Shown here one piece after another: positions 37,545 to 45,984 of a stretch of 64,000 bases of DNA. Where the stretch lies: the NCBI GenBank assembly GCA_046292385.1, contig JBKBRF010000017.1, positions 61,360 through 125,359 of the forward strand, read 5' to 3'. Position numbers and translations under genes: made by a program. The DNA is from Armatimonadota bacterium (GTDB lineage Bacteria > Armatimonadota > SYMT01). Position 1 is the first letter of the stretch. The number at the start of each line of letters is the position of its first letter. The notes beneath the pieces are model-generated. The model was not told where the DNA came from, searched no databases, and saw nothing but the letters and a program-made list of their open reading frames with translations.

Positions 37545-38291
37545 TCAAGGCACAGGATGGTGCAGCTCCACCGGCTTGCCTTTGCGGAGCTTCAGGTTCA
37601 GCATCTCCACGATGGTGGAGAACGCCATCGCGAAGTAGGTGTATCCCTTCGGGATGTGCTGGTGCAGTCCTTCCGCTACCAGGTTCGCGCCGATCAGGAT
37701 CAGGAACGCCAGCGCCAGCATCTTCACCGTCGGGTGCCGCTCCACGAAGTTGCCGACCGGCTCCGCGAAGAGGAGCATGAAGCCGACGGAGAGGAGCACT
37801 GCCGCGATCATCACCGCCACCTGGCTCACCATCCCGATGGCGGTGATCACCGAGTCGATCGAGAAGACAACGTTGATCAGCAGCATCTGGGACATCACGC
37901 CGGCAAAGGTGACGGCGGCGCCGGTCATCTGCCCCACGTGCTCGTTGTGGCCCTCCAGTTTATGGTGGATCTCCTTGGTCGCCTTCGCCAGCAGGAAGAG
38001 GCCGCCGAGCAGCAGCACCAGGTCCTTCGCCGAGATGCCCTTCTCCATGAACGGAATATGGAAGAGCTCCGTCTTCTCCAACCCGATGATGATCCCGATG
38101 CCGAGGAGCATCACGACGCGCGGGATCAGCGAGAGCACGAGCCCCATCTGGCGGCCCCGCCGCTGCTCTCCCGGCGGGAGCTTGCCGGCGATGATGGCGA
38201 TGAAGATGACGTTATCGACGCCGAGCACGATCTCCAGCAGGGTCAGCGAGAGGAGACCGATCCAGGCTTGCGGGTCCGAGAGCCACTCCAT
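37545..38291 (-). CDS. TerC family membrane protein
   Basis: LEIVLGVDNVIFI, VFSIDSVITA, RHPTVKMLAL.FL and IPKGY.YFAMAFS motifs. Confidence 0.92.
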   Translation of the reverse strand: MEWLSDPQAWIGLLSLTLLEIVLGVDNVIFIAIIAGKLPPGEQRRGRQMGLVLSLIPRVVMLLGIGIIIGLEKTELFHIPFMEKGISAKDLVLLLGGLFLLAKATKEIHHKLEGHNEHVGQMTGAAVTFAGVMSQMLLINVVFSIDSVITAIGMVSQVAVMIAAVLLSVGFMLLFAEPVGNFVERHPTVKMLALAFLILIGANLVAEGLHQHIPKGYTYFAMAFSTIVEMLNLKLRKGKPVELHHPVP

Positions 38292-38330
38292 AGTCGTTGA
38301 TGGTCCTCCAGGGGAGAGAGCGGGTCGGGG

Positions 38331-39002
38331 TCAGGACTGGTGGCGCAGCGCGAGCTCGTGGGTCACGGAGACGATTTCTTCGACCTCTGCGAGGCCGCCC
38401 ATCCCCTCATCGCCGCAGGCGAGCCGCTTGCTCTGCGGCGGTACCACGCGCAGGCGGGCGCAGAGGTGGTTGATGGCGTCGCAGAACGCCTCCGCTCCGG
38501 CGCCCAGCACCGGTGGGGTGCCGCCGTGGTGGTCGACCATAAGCTGGCTCAGGTGCCGCTGCGTGGCGGGATGCTCCCACATCAGCGTGTTCATCGCGGG
38601 GGCCAGCACCACCGGCTGGTCGAAGTCCCACGCACGGTAGACGCAGGTGAGCAGGTTGTCGCTGAGCCCCAGCGCCAGCTTCGCCAGAGTCTGGGCATCG
38701 AGCGGCGCAATCAGCAGCAGGTCGGCCCATTTGCGCAGCTCGATGTGGAGCACCGGCTCGCCGACCTCGAACAACCGCCCCTGCGGCCACTCGTCCTCGT
38801 CCAGGTAGACGGTGTGCTGGTCCCGCACCGGCAGCGCAGCCGAACCACCGGTCGCCGGCAGCGCCGCGGGGTCGAAGAAGCTGAGCGCGGCCCGCGTGGG
38901 GGCGACCTTCACCTCATGTCCGCCCGCGGCCAGCGCTTCGCAGAGCGCCGGCGTCTTCACGGCCGCCACCGAGCCGGTTACACCAAGCAGAATTCGAGCC
39001 AA
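38331..39002 (-). CDS. coaC: Monofunctional phosphopantothenoylcysteine decarboxylase (HFCD flavoprotein)
   Basis: ILLGVTGSVAA, PVLHIELRKWAD, PAMNTLMW and LACGDEG motifs. No CoaB domain. Confidence 0.8.
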   Translation of the reverse strand: MARILLGVTGSVAAVKTPALCEALAAGGHEVKVAPTRAALSFFDPAALPATGGSAALPVRDQHTVYLDEDEWPQGRLFEVGEPVLHIELRKWADLLLIAPLDAQTLAKLALGLSDNLLTCVYRAWDFDQPVVLAPAMNTLMWEHPATQRHLSQLMVDHHGGTPPVLGAGAEAFCDAINHLCARLRVVPPQSKRLACGDEGMGGLAEVEEIVSVTHELALRHQS

Positions 39003-39094
39003 CGCGCCTGTTCCCCCACCGCTGCCGCCGAGTTCGTGACGTTCTTCTAACGTTTCATTCTGGCACAGGATGCGCCAACGCCGCTAACTCGTCT

Positions 39095-39321
39095 CGAACG
39101 AACGCGAAGGCGCGAAGCGGCGGAAGGACGCGAAGGAGGGAAAACAGGGCTGCCAGGTGATACTCGCCCTCCGCGGGCCCGCGCGCGAGTAAACTCGGCG
39201 CTACACAGAGCGAAGCCCGCCTGCGCGGGCTCCGAATGCGGTGACACAGTGTAGCCAGCCTGTCCCCTTCAGGTTCCTCTTCGCGTCCCTCGCGTAAACT
39301 TCGCGCCTTCGCGTTCGTTCG
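39095..39321. repeat. Intergenic element with 23-bp perfect inverted arms enclosing a REP-like double hairpin
   Basis: cgaacgaacgcgaaggcgcgaag (39095-39117) pairs with cttcgcgccttcgcgttcgttcg (39299-39321). The inner REP-like unit is at 39183-39231. Confidence 0.8.
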
Positions 39322-39335
39322 GAGTCCGGCGGAGG

Positions 39336-40175
39336 CTATGCGTTGCCCCAGTGCTCGGCGATCTTGCGGCGGATGAAGGCGACCGCCCGCACGGTGCCGG
39401 AGTGGCCTTCCGGGTTGTTGTCTTCCAGGCTGATGTAGCCGTCGTACCCGATGGAGGCGAGGCAGGCGAAGATCGGGTCGAAGTCGACGCTACCCTCTCC
39501 GATCACGCTGTGGTCGTACTTGCCGGGGAAGCGATCGCTGGCGTGGCTGTGCCAGACCTTGTGCTTGACCCGCTCCAGCACCACCATCGGGTCGTTGTGG
39601 GTCATGAGCTGGTTGGAGCAGTCGAAGTTGATCCCGACGTAGCTCGACTCGATCCGCTCGAAGATCGCCAGGAACGTCTCCTGCCGGAACGAGAAGTCTT
39701 CCTCGGTCCAGCGACGGTCGCGGTAGTGGTTTTCGTAGCCGAGCTTCACCCCGCGCGGCTCGGCGTAGTCGGCCAGCGCGAGCAGGCCCTCGACCGCCCA
39801 CTCGATCCCCTGCTCCTCGCTCACGCCGGGGTGGCGGCAGCCGGCGGTCACCCGCACGCCCGCGGCGCCGATCTCCCGCGCGACGTCGACCTCGTGCTTC
39901 ATCTCCTCCAGCACGCGGGCTCGCTCCGCCGCGTCCGGATGGGTGAAGTCGGGTGCGCAGGTCCATTGAGAGACCGAGAGGCCGTACCGCTCCTGCAGCC
40001 GCCGTACCTCCCGGATATGCTCCAGCGAGTGCGGCTGGATCACGCCGTAATGCCACTCCACGTGCGTGATGCCGAGATCCCGCGCCTCCGCGCAGACCTC
40101 TTCGAGGGTGGGGCGGCCCTCATCGATCATCGAGTTGACGTAGCGCAGGGGGTTCCAGGAAACGGTAGGCGGCAC
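39336..40175 (-). CDS. Sugar phosphate isomerase/epimerase (AP endonuclease 2 / xylose isomerase-like TIM barrel)
   Basis: LGYENH, GINFD.SN, HSHASD, GEGSVDF and GYDGYISLE motifs. Confidence 0.88.
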   Translation of the reverse strand: MPPTVSWNPLRYVNSMIDEGRPTLEEVCAEARDLGITHVEWHYGVIQPHSLEHIREVRRLQERYGLSVSQWTCAPDFTHPDAAERARVLEEMKHEVDVAREIGAAGVRVTAGCRHPGVSEEQGIEWAVEGLLALADYAEPRGVKLGYENHYRDRRWTEEDFSFRQETFLAIFERIESSYVGINFDCSNQLMTHNDPMVVLERVKHKVWHSHASDRFPGKYDHSVIGEGSVDFDPIFACLASIGYDGYISLEDNNPEGHSGTVRAVAFIRRKIAEHWGNA

Positions 40176-40231
40176 GGAGATCTCTCCCGAGAGGCGGAAA
40201 GCTGGACGTAGGACGTCTCGCGTAGTGCTGA

Positions 40232-40382
40232 GTATTGCGTATCGCGTATTCCGTAGCGGGCGGCGTACTCCGCGCCACCATTACGTCGTGCCGGGCGGAG
40301 CGCTGAAGAAGCGTCTCGCCCGGCACGACGCTGCGGTGCAGCGGTCGAAGCACCACGCTACGCAATACGCGATACGCAATAC
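40232..40382. repeat. CGTATT-armed palindromic repeat, full copy
   Basis: Arms gtattgcgtatcgcgtattccgtagcg / cgctacgcaatacgcgatacgcaatac, and inner 14-bp IR cgtcgtgccgggcg / cgcccggcacgacg. Confidence 0.9.
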
Positions 40383-40413
40383 GTACCCGTTCGAGCGAGG
40401 GGGCGCTCTCTCC

Positions 40414-41637
40414 TTACGCTGCGCCCACCGCCGGGCGAGAAAAGCTGCGCGTGATCACCTGGGGGCTGCGGACGCGGCGGACGATCGTCTCGGCGCGGGC
40501 CAGCGCTTCCGCGGCGCCGTCGAGGTCGCCTTCGCGCAGGCGGCGGTTGGCCAGGGTGAACGCCTCGCGCACCACGGCGTGGACCTCCGCGCTGGGGCCG
40601 GGTCGCTGCTGCAGCGCCCACATCTCGTAGTTGCGGACGGCGCCGTAGATCCGGTGTGCCATCGTGAGCCGCTGCGCCCTGGCCGGAGGGGGAGTCTCCG
40701 CTTCCATGCGCTGCTCCCAGTCGCGGCGCAGCGTCTCCCAGGTTTCGCCATAGTGCTCCCGGAAGACGGCGCGGACCGCCTCCGGATCGGGCACGGCGCT
40801 GGCGTCTCGTTCTGCGCCGCGCCGGGGACCCGGCCGCGCGGCCTGCCGGCGGCGGTCTTCGTTGCTCTCCAGGCGGCCCCGGGCCTTCCCGTACTCCGCC
40901 GCAAACTCCGCGAACTTCTGCCAGCCGCCCTTCTCCACCAGGTACTGCACCAGCAGGCCCGCCTCCGCGTAGAGGGAGGTGCGGATGATCGCGTTCACCT
41001 CCGGGTTCGCCGGGAAGTCGCCGGTGATGAAGAACGCGTCGGGGTCGATCCAGAGCCCCGCCTCGCGCAGCGCCTTCCCGAACCACGGCTGCTGGGGGAT
41101 GCCGTTGAACTGGGCGGCGCCCCAATCGGCGGCGCCCTCGCCCAGGCTGGTGCCGGCTACTTTACCGGAGAAGATGTGGGCGATCTCGTGGGTGATCACG
41201 TACTCCGCGGAGAGGCCGAGGTAATCGAGCTCTCCGAAGCGGACGCCGATGAGGGGGCGCTTCGCGGCGTCGCGGGCGTTCGGGTCGCCGGGACGGGCGA
41301 AGCCGGTCGCCCCGCGGAAGTCCGGCGTCAGGTCAAACTGCAGCTTCCCCTCCGGCTCCCCGCCAAAGCGGCCCTTGCAGTGAGCCCAGCCCCGCTCCGC
41401 GAGGTCCCGGGCCCGCGCCGCGTCTTCCGCGGAGAGCAGGGCGGGATCGTAGAGCACTTCGAAGTGCTCCGACTCGAGCCGCGCCTGTTTGGCGGGGGCG
41501 GTCGGCCGGAGCTGCTGCACCGCAGCGGGCGCGGGGGCTACTCCGGCGGCGAGCGGACCGGCCGAGGCGGCGGTGGCGAGCGCCAGCGCCGTCAGGCCGA
41601 TGATTCCCCATGCTGATCCGGGTCTCCGCTGCGCCAT
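40414..41637 (-). CDS. Secreted putative zinc metallopeptidase (gluzincin / peptidase MA-like)
   Basis: Signal peptide and HEIAH followed by LGEGAAD. Confidence 0.7.
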   Translation of the reverse strand: MAQRRPGSAWGIIGLTALALATAASAGPLAAGVAPAPAAVQQLRPTAPAKQARLESEHFEVLYDPALLSAEDAARARDLAERGWAHCKGRFGGEPEGKLQFDLTPDFRGATGFARPGDPNARDAAKRPLIGVRFGELDYLGLSAEYVITHEIAHIFSGKVAGTSLGEGAADWGAAQFNGIPQQPWFGKALREAGLWIDPDAFFITGDFPANPEVNAIIRTSLYAEAGLLVQYLVEKGGWQKFAEFAAEYGKARGRLESNEDRRRQAARPGPRRGAERDASAVPDPEAVRAVFREHYGETWETLRRDWEQRMEAETPPPARAQRLTMAHRIYGAVRNYEMWALQQRPGPSAEVHAVVREAFTLANRRLREGDLDGAAEALARAETIVRRVRSPQVITRSFSRPAVGAA

Positions 41638-41731
41638 GCTCCGCCCCTCCCAGCCCGCCGCGCGTGCGCGCGGGACTCCAGAGCATCGTACCGGCGGGGC
41701 GTACGAGAGTCAACAACTGCCGGGGCGGGGC

Positions 41732-42337
41732 TCAGCCCACCGTCTCGAGCGCCCGGCGGTACTTGCCGGTCCGCGAGCGCGCCAGGCCGCGCTCCGTCTC
41801 CAGCCAGCGGCCCGCCTCCCGGAGACGCGCCGGGTCTCCCGACTTCAGCTCCAGCTCCACCTCGCGCTCTCTCGCCTCCCCGCGCGGGCCGACGTAGGTG
41901 AGGCGGTCGAGCGCCATCTCCGCCGCGTCGCCCGCGTCCGTCTCCAGGTCGAGCAGCGTCCGGCGGTTGCGGATCTCCAGCACCCGCTCCAGCGAGTCCG
42001 GCTCAAGGCGCAGGGAGACTCTCCCGGAGGCCAGCACCTCGCGCACCCACTCCCGCAGCTCCCGGCCGTCGGCCGGCTCTTCCACCTCGTCCCGCCGCGG
42101 CACGTCGTCCGAGGAGGGGCAGCCCTTCAGGGTGTAGAGGGTCCCCCCGTCTCGGCGCCGCTCCCGTACGGACCCGCCGGCTGCCGCCGCCTCGCGGGAG
42201 GGAGTATCGTAGTAAGTGTCTGACTGTTCCACCTCGCGGCGACCGACCACCGAATAGGGGCCCACGCGCGCCAGCGCGGCGAGCTCCTCCAGGCGGGCGG
42301 GGTCGGGAACCGCGAACTTGATCTCGATCTCCGGCAT
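41732..42337 (-). CDS. CYTH domain protein
   Basis: EIEIKF, DTYYDT, TLKG, EVELELKSG and GKYRR motifs. Confidence 0.9.
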   Translation of the reverse strand: MPEIEIKFAVPDPARLEELAALARVGPYSVVGRREVEQSDTYYDTPSREAAAAGGSVRERRRDGGTLYTLKGCPSSDDVPRRDEVEEPADGRELREWVREVLASGRVSLRLEPDSLERVLEIRNRRTLLDLETDAGDAAEMALDRLTYVGPRGEAREREVELELKSGDPARLREAGRWLETERGLARSRTGKYRRALETVG

Positions 42338-42460
42338 TCAGGCCTCCTCGGCGCGGGAGTCACCAGAACTCTATCCGCACCGGGGCAGGGCAGAACCGGC
42401 CGTGCCCCTAACCATCACGGGACGGCCGGTCCATTTCGATTTCTCAGGGGGTTCTTACCG

Positions 42461-44248
42461 ATGCAGTGGAAGCGAATCGCGGCAGCAGGTTTCGCCGCGC
42501 TCTCCTCGCTTGGCCTCTGCCTGGCGGCACGCGCCGACGCAAAGGCGGAGCTGAAGGCATTCGAAGGCAAGATCGAGGCGGTCGCCAAGCTGCCGGGAGA
42601 GCCGTCGATCTACGAGAGCGCCGGCGTGACGCGCGTGCAGGACCTCCCCTTGCGGACGCTCGGCAGCCGCGAGCCGGTGAGCTCCTCCCGGCGGCGCCTG
42701 GTGCTGATCGGGGGGCTGGACGGCAACGACCGCGGCGCGGACGCGGCGGTAGCGGCGCTGCGCTGGTTCAAGACGCAGGCGCCGCAGTCGCTGCGGGATA
42801 GCTGGAGCATCACCGCGATGCCGCTCGGCAACCCGGAGGGCTGGCTGGAGCTGAAGCCGACCAACGATTCCGGCGGCAAGCCCGCGGTGAACTACCCGCC
42901 GGCGGAGGGCACCTTCTTCGCCGACCGCAAGAACGCGGAAGGCCGCTACATCTGGCGCTGGATCACCTTCCAGGCGCCCGACCTGGTGCTGGAGATCCGC
43001 GGCGGGAACCGGATCGCCTGGTTCGCGCCGCCGAACACCGGCGCGCTGGCGCAGGCGGTCGGGGCGCAGCCGCTGGTCGGCGCCGACTCGCTCGCGATGT
43101 CGCTCACGCGTGACCCGGTCTCCGGCCTCGGGACGGTGCCGGTGCTGCTGGCCGACTCTCCCGCGACGGGCGGACCGGAAGTGCTGCAGAAGGCGCTCGT
43201 CGCCGCGGCGAGCCTGCCGCGCTCTCCCTTGCGCCAGGCGGTAATCCGGCGCTCAGAGCGGGCCCCGCTCACCGCCGCCTCCCTGCTGGCGGAGCGGTAC
43301 CCGCGGGAGAACGGGATCAGCTACATCCCGGCGGCGGCGTGGTCCGGCGCGCTCCGGCTCGCTGAGCTGCGGGGGGAGAGCCCGGAGGCGACCCGCCTCC
43401 GGGAGAAGGTCCGCCTGGCCCTGGCTCCCTATCTGAACGGGGCGGCGCCGGTGGTGAACGGCGAGCCGGACGTGGCGAAGCTCGCCGGCTACCTGGTCTT
43501 CGCCGACCTGGCGGAGGCGGCCGGCACCGGGGACCAGCGGGAAGCGGCGAAGCGGCTGGCTCTGGAGGGCGCCGCGCTCTTTCGGCCGGAGGGGTCCGGC
43601 GGCACGGCCCGGTTCGGGCGGTTCTGGTCGGACGACATGTTCATGACCGCCGCCGTGCTCGGCCGTGCGGGCAAGCTCTCCGGCGACGCCGCCTACTTCG
43701 ACCTGCTGGGCCGCACGCTCCGCCAGTACGTGGAGAAGCTGCAGCAGCCGAGCGGCCTCTTCATCCACGCCCCGGACGCCCCGCACGCCTGGGGACGCGG
43801 CAACGGCTTCGCCGCGCTCGGGCTGATGGAGGCGCTCACCTACCTGCCGGAGGGGCACGCGGACCGCGCGCCCCTCCTCGCCAGCTTCCGCAAGCTGATC
43901 GCCGCGCTCGTCCCGCTCCAGGCGCCGGAGGGCACCTGGCGGCAGGTGGTCGACCGGCCCGAGAGCTACCGCGAGGTGACCGCCACCGCCATGACGCTCG
44001 CCGCCATGGCGCGCGGAATCCGGATGGGCTGGCTGGGTAAAGAGCTCGCTCCGGTCGCCGCCCGCGCCTGGAGCGGCCTCGCCGCCCGCCTGGGCGACGA
44101 CGGCAGCCTGATCGACGTCTGCGCCGGCACCGGCACCGGTCCCACCCTCCGCTACTACTACGACCGCCCCGCCCTCGCCGGCCCGGACGACCGCGGCGGC
44201 GCCATGGCCCTCCTGGCAGCGGTAGAGTACGGCTCCCTCGGCAACTAA
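42461..44248 (+). CDS. GH105/GH88-family unsaturated glycosyl hydrolase with N-terminal degenerate M14-like domain
   Basis: C-terminal WSDDMFM, GLFIH, WGRGNG and W.QVVD...SYRE.TATAM motifs. N-terminal IGGLDGND, PLGNPEG and PDLVLEIR. Confidence 0.8.
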   Translation: MQWKRIAAAGFAALSSLGLCLAARADAKAELKAFEGKIEAVAKLPGEPSIYESAGVTRVQDLPLRTLGSREPVSSSRRRLVLIGGLDGNDRGADAAVAALRWFKTQAPQSLRDSWSITAMPLGNPEGWLELKPTNDSGGKPAVNYPPAEGTFFADRKNAEGRYIWRWITFQAPDLVLEIRGGNRIAWFAPPNTGALAQAVGAQPLVGADSLAMSLTRDPVSGLGTVPVLLADSPATGGPEVLQKALVAAASLPRSPLRQAVIRRSERAPLTAASLLAERYPRENGISYIPAAAWSGALRLAELRGESPEATRLREKVRLALAPYLNGAAPVVNGEPDVAKLAGYLVFADLAEAAGTGDQREAAKRLALEGAALFRPEGSGGTARFGRFWSDDMFMTAAVLGRAGKLSGDAAYFDLLGRTLRQYVEKLQQPSGLFIHAPDAPHAWGRGNGFAALGLMEALTYLPEGHADRAPLLASFRKLIAALVPLQAPEGTWRQVVDRPESYREVTATAMTLAAMARGIRMGWLGKELAPVAARAWSGLAARLGDDGSLIDVCAGTGTGPTLRYYYDRPALAGPDDRGGAMALLAAVEYGSLGN

Positions 44249-44376
44249 CGCCTCCACCCACGCCGAAACCGCACAACGCCGGCCACCCCACCGCGGGGGC
44301 CGGCGCTCTGCTGTACGCAATCGGGAGTGCCTCGCCCGCGCGTTGAAGGCGGGCACTCGGGGCCGGTTCCAAGGAA

Positions 44377-44648
44377 CCCGGAGGCGCAGCCGCAGGCTGC
44401 GACGGAGGGCTCCCCGTGTGGGCACCCCTGGCGAGGGGTGGCCGCTTGAGCCGGACGGAGCGGCCCGTGAATCGCAGTCCTGGATCAACCGAAGTCCGCG
44501 AACGCGGAGGACAGGCTTCCGCCGCGCACGCCCGGAGCAGTCCGCTAGCGGAGGCGAAGCCGGAGCGTGAAAGGACTGGCGGAGGGCCAAGCACGCGGGA
44601 GGGCCGCTCCGTCCGGGGAGGGTGCGGGGTGGAGCCCCGGGTCGATGC
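44377..44648 (+). repeat. Dispersed structured non-coding element, copy B
   Basis: Collinear with copy A. Perfect 16-bp stem at 44451-44466/44601-44616. Confidence 0.85.
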
Positions 44649-44870
44649 CGATCTCGCCAAGAGGACTCCCCCCTGGGGGCGGAACTCCGGCACGCCCGGC
44701 ACGCCGAATCGCGGAACGAGCGCTCACCTGCTTGTTACCCTACGCTCCGCCTGCCCGGATGCCGACTATACAGCCCGGTACTTGACCGCTGGACAGCCGG
44801 TGGGGGAAGATTACACCATCCGGAATGGTCCCCGTTCCCCAGCAGTTTGCCTTCGAAAGGAACTAACTGA

Positions 44871-45527
44871 ATGCGTAAGCTAGTCGCACTGGCGGCCCTG
44901 ACCCTCGGCCTCGCCGCCGCCCCGGCTTCTGCGGAGCCGAACTTCCTTGGCTCCACCGGTCTGATCCTCACGCCCACGGCGGCGACGGTGGGCGATCAGA
45001 ACGTGGGGGCGCACGCCCACTTCACCGACAACTTCAACACCTACGGCGTGCTCGGCGCCTGGAGCGGGGTGGAGCTCGGCGTCACCTACTTCGACCCGGA
45101 CGGCGGCGACGGTGACCCGATCGTCAACCTGAAGTGGAACTTCCTGCCGGAGACCACCCTGTCGCCGGGCGTGGCGGTCGGCGTGATCGACCTCTTCGAC
45201 GAGTTCGATGCCGATCCGAGCTGGTACATCGTCGCCAGCAAGACCTTCCCGCAGTTCATCCCGGCCCTCGGCGGCCTGCGCCTGCACGCCGGCTTCGGCG
45301 GCGGGATCTACGACGAGGAGATCTTCGCGGGCGCCGAGCTGGCGCTGGGCACCCCGCTCGACCTGCTTCCGGTCGACCGTCCGACCTTCACCGCCATTGC
45401 CGAGTTCGCGAACAGCGACTTCAACATCGGCGTCCGCGGCCGCTGGCGCGGTTTCTCCGCCACGGCGGCGCTGATCGACCTGGATGACTTCGGCTTCGGC
45501 TTCACCTACAGCACCGCTCTCCGCTAA
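44871..45527 (+). CDS. YjbH-like outer-membrane beta-barrel protein
   Basis: Signal peptide, G.TGLI.TPTA, LKWNFLPE...PGVAVG..D and alternating beta-strand pattern. Confidence 0.75.
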   Translation: MRKLVALAALTLGLAAAPASAEPNFLGSTGLILTPTAATVGDQNVGAHAHFTDNFNTYGVLGAWSGVELGVTYFDPDGGDGDPIVNLKWNFLPETTLSPGVAVGVIDLFDEFDADPSWYIVASKTFPQFIPALGGLRLHAGFGGGIYDEEIFAGAELALGTPLDLLPVDRPTFTAIAEFANSDFNIGVRGRWRGFSATAALIDLDDFGFGFTYSTALR

Positions 45528-45551
45528 CGCGGCGTTCGGTTACGGTACAGC

Positions 45552-45588
45552 ACAGGGCCCGGCTGGCTTCGGCCAGACCGGGCCCTGT
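45552..45588 (+). terminator. Terminator-like hairpin with cTTCGg loop
   Basis: acagggcccgg-ctggc-ttcg-gccag-a-ccgggccctgt. Confidence 0.7.
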
Positions 45589-45634
45589 CGCGTCGGGGCA
45601 GGGCCAACCCTTCGGTAACAGTGCCGACGCACCC

Positions 45635-45674
45635 GGCGCAACTTGGCGCAAGTTCGTGTAACTTCGCGTAACTC
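45635..45674. promoter_or_regulatory. Four imperfect 10-bp direct repeats (possible protein-binding array)
   Basis: ggcgcaactt ggcgcaagtt cgtgtaactt cgcgtaactc. Confidence 0.5.
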
Positions 45675-45984
45675 CGCTGGGCCTGAGAGTCGCCCCGTCA
45701 CCTCTGGACGCCCCTCTCCTCGGAGGAGCTTGACGCCTGGAAGTCGTACCTGGGGGAGGCCTGCTCCCTAACTCCCGGTCGCCCGGGTAGCGCCGGGAGG
45801 GCGAACGGCCGACAATCCCCCTGACGTGTGCGGCTCCGTAGGGCCGGCTTGTCAGCTTCCGAGACTCTTCCGGGAGCGTGGGTCGGGGACGAGCTCATCC
45901 TCTCACCCACTCGCTCACTCTCCCTTTCTCCCTTTCGCTGCCGTGGGATCCTGCACGGTCCGGCCAGTACGTCGAGGAGTGGTT

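Noticed and set aside
38292..38330. yybP-ykoY riboswitch upstream of the TerC gene
   Set aside because: Only 39 nt separate it from the upstream gene, and no motif is visible.
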